A stretch of DNA of 63,078 nt, the filler included, from Platydemus manokwari (lineage: Eukaryota): assembly GCA_037951405.1 (NCBI GenBank). It is 5 parts of 5 records of this genome, joined end to end, with 100 filler letters (N's around TTAATTAATTAA, not from the genome) between each part and the next. Parts side by side here need not be neighbours in the genome. Positions count along the whole stretch, not along the records: positions 11,665 to 22,963 come from JBBMOY010785536.1; positions 23,064 to 34,425 come from JBBMOY010734426.1; 3 more parts are not named here. One strand, 5' to 3'. Made by a program: the position numbers and the translations under genes. Positions 12,958 through 23,801 of this stretch are shown here, piece after piece. Numbering within the stretch: the stretch's first letter is position 1; every line of letters starts with the position of its first letter. Under the pieces are notes generated by a model. The model saw nothing but the letters and a program-made list of their open reading frames with translations. It did no database searches and was not told the DNA's origin.

Positions 12958-15900
12958 AATACTATTTACAATTACCTTGGTTACAAAATCATAAATAAAT
13001 AAAGGAGATTTCACTGTTTAAAAAGTTTATTAATTCGTTTAGACACTACTTACTGCTTGGAGTCAGTAATAATATTATTATTATTTTATATATTATTATT
13101 ATTATATTATTTTTTTTTTATTATAAAATTTAGTTTCTTATTATAAAATCTTAATGGTAAATGATTGGAGATTGTTTTGCTTTTCTCCTTGTTATTTTAC
13201 TTAATTGACATATTTTATATCTTCTTTTCTAACTATTTCTCGAATTATTACTCGTTGTGGGGCAGTGAGTGTTTGTTATTTTGATATGGCATATTTGATA
13301 ATCCCGACTTAAAATGTGAATAATTTGTGCTTTTCATTATTGTTACTTAGCTTGAAAAACAATGGAAAATTTATATAATTATATTCACAGATAATATGAT
13401 TATAAATCATAAAATAAATAAGATTGACGTTTCAAGTTGACATTTATTTGTTTTATTAGATATTTAATTTTTCAGTTCTTAATTTTTCTTGAACGATTGA
13501 TAAAAATAGAATAAGCTAGGATGATAATTTATGGTTTGGTGAGATTAAATATTCAATCTCATCTGGAATGAATTAGCCATATGTCTATGCGAAATAGCAA
13601 TTATTTCCTTAATTATTCCGAATTCAATCTTTAACGGAAATTATGAGTTCATGGGCATTGATAATTGAGCATGTTTTTTGATATTTCTGACAATGAAATT
13701 GCCCAGTCTACTAATTAATACGATAATCTATCTGCCTATCTGACTCTGAAGAACTGATAATTCCATTTCCTTAATCGCTGTATGTTGCCAATATTGATAG
13801 TGAGCCTTAGAATCTTAAGAAAACAGACTCGGCGGAGTTTGTCTAATTAAATGTACCACCCTTAGATCGATTCATGACTCGTTAGCTTTCATTATGTTGC
13901 TCAGAGGTGTAATAGCCCCATGGAAAAACACTATCGAATTATTAGCAATGAAAAGAAATTACACAAAAGATCTGTCACGAGAACTATTCACCTATTATTG
14001 TGAATCGAAAACCACTTCGATTAATCATATTCAAATCCTTTTTGTTTCTAAATTTCATTTTTTCTTTTTTTTTATTAGTTTATAATTATAAAAATAGTGA
14101 ATTGACTTTTTTTTCTTATTTTTTGTCTTTTTGCCAAAGAAACTTGTTGAATATCAAATCAAACACACAGCACTGAAATATGAAATCTTTTCATTGAAAC
14201 ATATATGTCTCTTATCACACTGTCAAGACCTATGTCGGTAGTGAATAAAATATACTACTCTTGTTTTCAAAAATTTTCACCAGAAATAGTTCCTTAGCAA
14301 TATTATTGAAATTATTAGAGGATAATGCATTCGTCATAAAAAATTTATGTCACCAAGTAAAATACCAAGCTTAATCTGATTAGAAAGTATTTTTTGAAAT
14401 AATTTCTTATTATTTCCAGTCATTGAAATGGAATATAAACACTTTTTCAAAATATTAGAATACCAATTTTATCAATAGACATATCTAAGAAATCCGATAT
14501 CTGATTCCATTAATGAGGCGTGCTGTCAAACAGCAGTAACACACTGTAGCATAGACGTGTAAGCAGTGTTTGAAAATTTATATATATAACAATTTAATTT
14601 ATTGAAGCCAAAGCTAGCAATAAGGAACTTATTGAATACCATTTTCAATGAATTATTATGAAATTAAATACCAGCATTTCATCACTCAAACATTATTATT
14701 TATGGATTTCATTAAGAAAAAGGGTTCTTTGACATAATTTTAATGTATCGATTTTTCATCTATTATTTAATTTCAAAATTTATGGATAATGATATTTTTA
14801 AATGTTTTGACTTCAAATATAATTTTAGATGAAAAAGAAAAACAACAATCCCAATTTGAAGTTCATTCAATTTTTTGAGCATAAATATCTTTGTGATCCG
14901 ATTTCATAAAGCATCTACAATGATTCGCCGTGATAACCTAAGTTTTAAATTTATAACATCTCCAGTAAAATCTCAAAACCATAGATCTGTCGTCATTCAT
15001 CATCAATTAAACATAAAGTAAAACTTTAATAATTAATTTTTATGTTATTCTTACAAGATTTTCCCCTGGAATTGTCATTCCGGGACTTTGAAATAGAAAA
15101 GCAAAGACAACAAGAAATCGCCAACTTTTATATAACAATAAAATTTTAAATATTTAGCGTAATTTTTATAGTTTTTTATCGTTTTGTGAAAGTTGATGTA
15201 TTTACATAATTCAGTTTATGTCGTACATTTTATGATGTCGAATAGGAACTAAACGATATTGCTAAACCAAGTTACTCTTCTAATCACAACAGTTTTATAT
15301 GATTGTTTGATTTTTCAAACTTAAATTTTTTTAATTATAAATCGAATTCGTTAACTACATCAATATTAGTTAACAATATCATTGCTTATTTTTATAAAAT
15401 AATTGTAAAAATTGGGAAGATCTCTCAACTTCTTTCTTATGTTAAAAAGAAGTCCTAACCAATTTTCTATTAATTGCAATTCGACCTACTTTGATCTACT
15501 TTTCATATAATCGCATTTTATGAGATTTTGAAGCTGTAGTTTATTTATTATTTGATTTCAAACAAATCAAAATACTTTTAAAGTACTCAAATAAAAAACC
15601 CAAAATGTTTTAAGATAGATAGATTTTCGCAAGACACAACGAATTAAAAATTTATTTTGGAATTCCTTTTCACAACTTTAGCTACTTATTTTAAGAATAG
15701 AACGATCATTTGGTGAAAATATATTATTTAGATTTATATCCGTCAGTTTAAATTGATTGAAATGTAATAAACAGAATTTCTTTGTTTAAACGTGATTAAA
15801 ATTGGTGTTGACTGCTGATACCTAGGAGGTCTGCCAATATTTCGGCATGTGAATTTGTCAGTACAACTGGGAATCGATATTTTCATTATTTCCTTTGATA

Positions 15901-18900
15901 AGCCAATCAAATAATGAGTCATTCAGTTCTAAATAAAAAAGCCAAATTTTCTTCAAGCCAGTCAGAAATATATTTGAAAAACTATTTCATTTGTAAGTTT
16001 ATAAAAATGATAATGGATTTTGGTTATAAATTTGAAAAGAATAAAATATTTTAAAAAAGAAAAACAAAGACAATTTTCAAGGAAGCGTCTTAGTTTATGA
16101 ATGAGAACTCTTGACCAATAATTGTATTCGGAGTTTATCGTTTATGTGAATATGTTTATGTATTTTACAATTATTGTTTTAATGATTAAGATATTAATAT
16201 GATAAAATATTAACCAATTTTATTACAAAGTTTAAGAGTGATTATAATTTTTTGTTTTAATTTTTGCATTAGATAGTTAACACTTAAATAATGAGGTTAC
16301 TTCAATAGTAGATTTCGTTTATTTATCTAGTTTCATGTTAATTGATTTGATATTTTTTTGGAGAGATCATCGATTACAATAAACCCTTCCACTTGATAAA
16401 GTCGCGCAAGATATGTTTAATTGATATAAAGGTATTGATAGAGTTGTAAAAATCTTAATTTTAATCATAAGTAAACTATAAAAATTGAATGATGCTGAAC
16501 GAATAAGTCACTTGTTTGTATTAATATTACAATGGTTACGGAGATTTATTCAGGGACAATCGTTTAAAAAAACTCTATCAACAAATCACCGAATGATGAA
16601 GCCTTTAATAGATTTCTTGTATAAAAGCGGATCAAATTCGTTAACGAATTTTAAATAACGGTCGACAATCTGCTTCTTGCCTTTCTACCATTTTCATCAT
16701 TACCCTCACAAAAATGATACTCTAATAAACACTCTAATAAATGTTCTAATAAATCATAACTTATCTGGACTCTAACTACGATGATAATAAAAAATTTACT
16801 CAATGATAGAAAACTTCAGAAAAATTGCAATATTGAATAAAATTCGATGCAACAGAGAATAATAATAAGATTGACTTGAAAAATTATCCAAATCGTATTG
16901 ACCTTCAAATATTGCATTAACAATTCGGTAATAGTAATATTGTGCATGGTTTCATATAGTGTTTGTTTCATGAGCCATGTCACTATTTTTGGTAACATTC
17001 TATGCTTTGTTTCATGTGTTACTATTTTTGGTATCTGCTAGATAGTAGTCATTATTTTTAGTTATGATAGCTGTATATAGTAACACTTGTTGCTATTATA
17101 ATTTCCTTATGACCTTGAGGTCTGTTAAACAATCTTAATTTTGATGTGGTGAAACAAATATTTATTTTTATTTTTGAAAATTTTTATGGTGCTTTCTTGT
17201 ATGGAAAATTTCTTTATTTACTAAAGTAAATTATTGATGTTTACTCTTTTAAAAAAAATTAATATTTTATTATTTTCGATAGTCATTTATTAGTCTCGAA
17301 TGTTTTCGCGCACTATTCGTAATATCCGTTACAAAAGCTCTACTTAAAAATAAAAATGTTATTATCTTATGTTTGCTGTCTAATATTCTGCGAACTTCTT
17401 CGCCTGATTGTCATCAATTTTATATCATTTTTACTCGCACCACTATACTGCAAGCATAACGCACTTGGCTTGGCATTAATATAATGTCAAATCAATTATT
17501 TAACATAAAATTTCTATTTCAATAGATTGTTTACTTTAAATACTTTTGATTTATTTAAACAAATTTTTACTACTTATTATTTTTTATATTTTTTACTTAT
17601 TTTTATTATTTAACAAATTTTAATTTTATTTTTTTATTTTTAAATACTAATTTATTGTTACTATCATTATTTTTATGGATTTTTTTGTATTGCTATTTCA
17701 CTATCAGCATTGTTTTTTATTAACATTAAGTACCTTTTATTCAGTAAGGAGTCAGATAATCAAACACGGATTGATTAAGTCTGAGTAGTCATTTCAATTT
17801 TTTGTCGGTTTTTGAAGATTTAACCTTAATTCACAGGAGTTTGATATCGATTTATTGATTGAATTCATGGCTCGATACTCTGATATCACAAACTTTCATT
17901 TTACAATGAAATTTTAATCAATAAATGGTTTTAAAATTAGTAATTCATTTCTGCTCTTTAGTCTTTGATTAAATTCTTTTGCCTTATCCTTTAGTTTTAT
18001 TTAAAACAAAATAATAGCGAGTTATTTGCTTTGCAATATAATCAAAAGCAGAGATAGTAATAATAAAAATAATAACAGCGAAAGTCAGTTTTCAAGAATG
18101 TCTAACTAGATAATAAAAAAATGTGAAAGTAAATCCATGTTTATGGTTAATGATAAGTGGTGGTTACTGAAATTTAGACTCATAGTGCAAGCACTTTTCG
18201 AAATCGAAACTTGCATTTCGTATCTCTCTCCCAGTCACAAGAATGTAAGCAATAATTGATTTAATTATGAGCATCGGATCCTGGTTACGTTTCCGTGTTT
18301 CCTATTCCTAGAACAACTATTAAATAATCCATTTGTGTTTCCACATGCCATACATTACAATGTTGCGATATTTGCATTGAATAGAAATGTTGATAAAATA
18401 TTGAGAATATGCTGATATCGAATTAGAATTAATTATTGACGGCTATTCAGTGTAAATTATATGGACTCATGTTTTTTCTATGTGTAGGAACAATTATTAT
18501 TGAATATACTTTTAGTAAGATTTGGGATAATTTATTAATGTGATGACTCTAAAAAATTGTTAATTCGTTGGCAGAAACCAAAATCACAATTTTAATAATT
18601 ATGATAACAAATTATATAATCGATTGCACAAGACAAGAACTTCCTTTCAGAATAAATTTTCGAAAAAAATTGACAAACAATATTTGGCAATAATATTTTC
18701 GTTTCCGAATTTTGGGATCCATTGAAATCGGTTTATTTGATTTATTTTACGAGAGATAAATAAAAGAATCCTTATCTTGATTTCAGAACATTTTTTAATA
18801 TTGTCTTCGTTTTTTAGGATAAATATTTTCCCGTGTCATTATTTTCCATGTCTGTATTCTTAAAAAAACATTTAATGTATCACATATTTTGAATAACATA

Positions 18901-19754
18901 CAACATTGTTTTGAATTTTGAGATTTATCTTATAAATATGTAGCGATATGTAGCGATATCACAATCAATAGCACAAAAAAATAACGACAGCCAAGCAGTA
19001 GGTTGCAGTGAAATTGTATAAAGTGCAGGTAGTTGCGAGTCCTCCATTTTAAGAATTATATTATTGTATCTGGCTATCTGATTAAATTTCATCTTGTTAG
19101 ATCAGCAAATTTTCACAACTGTTACAGGAATATCGTTTTTCATTTTTAAGAAATGACCAACAAATGAATGAGCGATCCGGTAATTATATGACCACATTTC
19201 TAGTGGTTTCAATGGAGGTTTTCTTTTAAATATAATTAAATTATTTTGAAATATTATTTTATCTGATTAGACATATTGGTTTGACAGTAAAGTAAATGCT
19301 TGATGTAAAAACAAAATAGGCATTTTAACAAACTGGAATGCAGAACAAACAACGGATAAAAGAAAATTTTGATTTCTGATGATAAAATAATTATTATTTC
19401 TGGCATCGATCAGTTCCAATGTTTGGTACTGCATTTGTAGTAAAAATTTCAGGAATGGATTCTATTATTTATTTTTAAATATATATATTTTTTTAATTTA
19501 ATATATATTAAGGTTATGTTTTAAAAGTTAAACAATATATAAGATATTTCGTTCTTAAATAATCAAATTTAATAAAATATAAAACTAATGTTATTGCTTG
19601 TTTTAATATTCAGTTTTTTGATACTGTTTTAACATACACATTTACACTTACTATAAGCGTTACTATAAATGTTTTTAAAAAAACGATAAAATCTTTAAAA
19701 ATTGTAGTTAAATGTACTTTTTGTGTTGTCGTTTAAAACATTGTATTCAATGAT

Positions 19755-20379
19755 TGTGAGATACTTTAAATGAGATACTTTTTAATTCTAATTTTTATAA
19801 AAAATCATATTTATATAAAATTAAATTTATTTGCATAAAAATTGTATTTAAATAGATTTTTGGTATATTGATTTTTCAGTTTGTTTTTGATGTGCGGTTT
19901 TTAAAAAAATAGCGGTTAACATGGTGACCACGCATCTGGATTCGATTCTGAAATGATAAACGACTGGAAATTATAGAAAAATAGGAGGAAGATACTGAGA
20001 TTATATTAAAAATCTCTAAAAAAGATATAAGGAAGATATAAAGAAGTTGTAAAAGAGATAAAAATGGGATATAAAAGAAGATATAAAAGAGGATATAATG
20101 GAGATGTAAAAGAAGATATTAAAAGATAGAAGAATTAGAGTTTTCTTGTAATGAAATATTTAATGTATTGGGTACAGAGGCAATTAACAAAATCATTGAT
20201 TTTAAAGAAAGCGGGGTGTGAGATACTTTAAATGAATTAAATTTTTAATTTAAATTTAATTCTAATTTAATATAAAATTAAATTTATTTGTTTAAATATT
20301 CGTATTGAAATAGATTTTTAGTGTTTTGATTCTTCAGTTGATTTTCAATATGTGGCTTATAAAATAGTCACGGCTAACA
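19755..20379 (+). mobile_element. TRIM-like non-autonomous LTR element, copy 2 (best preserved)
   Basis: 5' LTR 19755-19921 (TGTGAGATACTTTAAATGA...CGGTTAACA); PBS TGGTGACCACG at 19922; purine-rich core with AAAGAAGATATA-like repeats; PPT AAAGAAAGCGGGG at 20204-20216; 3' LTR 20217-20379 (TGTGAGATACTTTAAATGA...CGGCTAACA). Confidence 0.9.
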
Positions 20380-20686
20380 GTTGATATGAGTTGAAATGAA
20401 GATCCATTGATATAATCCACCATTGATGTCAATTCATTTCGGGAAATAAATCAGTTTAATTTCATCATTCCTGTGAATCGAATTTAACCAATCAATGAGT
20501 CATCAACACATCAATGACAAAATCATCAATTAAGTATAAAATATGTCAAACACATTTACTTGTTCCAAATCTAACATCATTGAAACATTCACATAATGTT
20601 ACTTATTGATTAAACGTGAATATCTTTTTGCTGGACGTAGGTCGACTTCTGTGATTATTTCGTCATAAAACTCTACTGATGGCAGT

Positions 20687-20795
20687 TGTAAGCTGCAAGT
20701 AGTTTATAAATCACCCATTGAAAACGAACTGAGAAGTCATGACACCAAATTATGTAATTAAATAATATTATATAAATAAATATGATCCCGTGACA
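20687..20795 (-). repeat. Solo or partial LTR of the TRIM-like family
   Basis: TGTAAGCTGC...GAGAAGTCATGACACCAAATTAT is the reverse complement of the LTR 3' half seen at 40506-40572. Confidence 0.65.
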
Positions 20796-20966
20796 CTTGG
20801 AAATTTTGATTGGTGAAAACATTATTTTTTGGTGATTGAAATGATGGTGGTTTCAGCAAAGTTTCCATTGTATGGCCAATATTCGAATCACTGAACCATT
20901 TTTGGGATCAAAATCTTAATTCTCGATGCTGAGTGGGTAGAGGATTTGATCATCTAATGTGCTGTC

Positions 20967-21040
20967 TGTGACCCGCTACTATTTTAAAAACCACAAATTA
21001 AATCTGAACTGAAAAGTCAAGGTACCAAAAATCTATTTGT
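20967..21040 (-). repeat. Partial LTR (3' end) of the TRIM-like family
   Basis: TGTGACCCGCTACTATTTTAAAAACCACA...CTGAAAAGTCAA matches the LTR ends at 12407, 12789 and 61103. Confidence 0.65.
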
Positions 21041-21099
21041 TAATGTCTACTGATGTCTTTGTTGTTGTATTTTTAAATATCTACGTTTTTCAATATTTA

Positions 21100-21809
21100 T
21101 ACACTATTCTTTTTCATGATGTCCTCGAAAATGGCACTTTTGCATTTGATTATATTTGGACAAATTCCGGTTTTATGGCCTTTTCCATGGCATCTCGAAC
21201 AAGTTACATTCTATGGAGTGTTACAGTTTTGTGTTATATGACGTGGTTTGTTACAGTTGTAGCAATCCGGGGTCTCTTTTCTCCTTACTTGGATTTTTGG
21301 TTTATGATTGGATTTTCGTCTTGTTGTCCAATTGTGTGACGTTTACCGAACTCACATTCTTTATATATAACTATAAACGCGCAAACAAATATATTTTTAT
21401 TTTACATATTATCCAAACAAATATTCCTTTTTAAAATTCGTCAACCTTAGGGTTTCCATATAATCTTGGGCGAATGATTTCTTTTAACCAAACGCCTTCC
21501 TCAGTCTACCCTTGTATTCATTTTCGCATCTTTTACTTCAAATTGCTCTACTCAGATGTCGTCTAATCGTTGTATTACGATAGCGTAATGGACTTGCTTT
21601 GAGATTTTCACAGCCTCGAATTATCGATTACACTGTTTAATAAAGTGTTGGGCGTTATTCCTCAATTTTTATTTGTCTGGGAACAGCAAGCCTAGGTCGC
21701 CATGTCTGTAGCTAACACTTCTTTGTTTTTTATCTTATATTCAAAACACATAACTATTAGTGGGCAAAAAATATTTTTATATGACATATTATCCGAAATA
21801 TTGATTACA
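21100..21809 (-). mobile_element. 5' part of a decayed LTR retrotransposon: LTR, PBS and gag with CCHC zinc knuckles
   Basis: LTR 21809-21703 (TGTAATC...CAGACA); PBS TGGCGACC at 21702-21695; gag-like LLFPDK...HFIKQCNR*FEAVKI; knuckles CYNCNKPRHITQNC (21264-21223) and CSRCHGKGHKTGIC (21201-21160), plus a broken third. Confidence 0.8.
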
Positions 21810-22963
21810 CTTTTTTTTAAATTGATCGATATTATGCACCATATTAAATTTTATGGCAGCATCAAATAATGTACCAAATTCAAATGCGTGGTCGACATGT
21901 TAATTACTAAAACGTCATTGTTTTTAATATTTAAATCAAAAGACATGTTAACAGAACAAAAGCGTTTATTTTTATAATACATTCGTGGGCATTTGTCATG
22001 TGTAGAGTCAAGCAAGAGATACTAGGCTGTAGAACATACATCACTTTTTTCTCGATTGTGTTGTACGTTCTGCGGTTTTCATTGAATGGGTCTCTTTCGT
22101 AGATTCTCTCATTGGATGGCAATACATTCAGTCTGACTTCTCATAAACAAAAACCAAAATTTATTTACAAACAATGTATATCCAAAAAGTCATACAAGTA
22201 TGACTTATATTTAGAGTCTTTTCCAAAGATCGGCTTCTAGTATGACAGGTTGCTATTTTCATATTTTCTTTGTGACTTGGAGTTCTTGTTGTTCCGAACA
22301 TGATTCATTTGTTGGCAGAGTTCAAATATACAAAATCAAACCCAAATTTGAAATACAAGTCCGGAACCACAACACGCTATAGATATAAAATTCCGAGATT
22401 ATAGTTCCGAACTAGCAATACCGAACTCAAAAGTTTTAAGACACATGTTAATAAAAGTCCATTTCCAATCCCAACCCAAATACAAAATATAACCCCAAAA
22501 GTACAAGTCCGAACCCACAAGTCCGAAACCATAACTCAGAAAAGATAAAAGTCCGAGGTTACAGCTTCGAGCTAGCAAGTCAGTACTCATAGTTTTGAAC
22601 TTATATGTTCAAAAAATTTAAAGACAAAAAATACAATACAAAAATAACAATGAATAAAGAAGAACTCTACTACTTATTAAAGTAGGCCTAGGTATTATTT
22701 TATCTGTTGTTAATTTACCATAATGACCTTTACATTTTCTATAAATAAAATAACATAAGTTACACAAACCTGCATTACGACGAGATATCATCAGAGTCAC
22801 CCTGAATATTGATAAAAAGAGAATTTACTTTATAAATCATATCCAGTGAGATAGTTTCATCAAAAAAGTTTAATCTTTTTGAGATCTCAGTACATTTTAA
22901 TTTAGTTAACATCAATGAGCATTGTTTTCGAATAAAAGAATCATCAATTAGGTGATTACTGAT

Positions 22964-23063
22964 NNNNNNNNNNNNNNNNNNNNNNNNNNNNNNNNNNNNN
23001 NNNNNNNTTAATTAATTAANNNNNNNNNNNNNNNNNNNNNNNNNNNNNNNNNNNNNNNNNNNN
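22964..23063. other. Artificial contig spacer
   Basis: 44 N + TTAATTAATTAA + 44 N. Confidence 0.98.
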
Positions 23064-23801
23064 TTAATTTAATCATGCAATCTTTGTCATTAGAAGTTAC
23101 TTATCTTTTATTCTCAGAACACTATTTATTATCTTCCTATTAATTAACTTTGCTACTATGAGAATTTTAACTAATAAATTTGAAACTACCTTTTATTTGA
23201 TGTTAATTATTTAATTTATTCCTTTTTTAATTTCTTATTGCGAAATTTTAATTTCGAAAATTAGATAAATATTCATAGTAATGTCTTGCCAAGGAAAACA
23301 ATAACAACTTATACAAAATTATAATTATTATTTAAAAAGGACATATCTTTTGTTGAATTCGATATTTTTTGCAAAAGCAATGTATTTTACAAACATATAT
23401 TCTCATTTTCATTTACATAAATTTATAATACTTTAGTACATTTAAAACATTTATAATACTGTCATAGTAATAGCACTACTACTTAGAGATGCAGATTATA
23501 GTTATTGTTATGCGTGCATATCCTGATTGAAAGTGTTTTCGTTGATATCACAAACTTAGGCATACATATAAAAGATTTTTAAAATATTCACATTTCTTTC
23601 AAATGTCAACTGATTTCTTTCATTTATGATTTTTGTCATCTGAATATTAAATTAATTTTTCATTTATTGTACTTATACAAAAGCGATATTTATATTATTT
23701 TCAAGTGAATAAACAATATTTGTTAAAATAAGCCAATTATTTCTTTGAATTATTTAAATTTTCAACAATAGGAAATAATTACCGAATTATAATAATTAAT
23801 A

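Noticed and set aside
21037-21434. Hydrophobic plus-strand ORFs resembling membrane proteins
   Set aside because: Antisense to the A-rich gag zinc-knuckle region.
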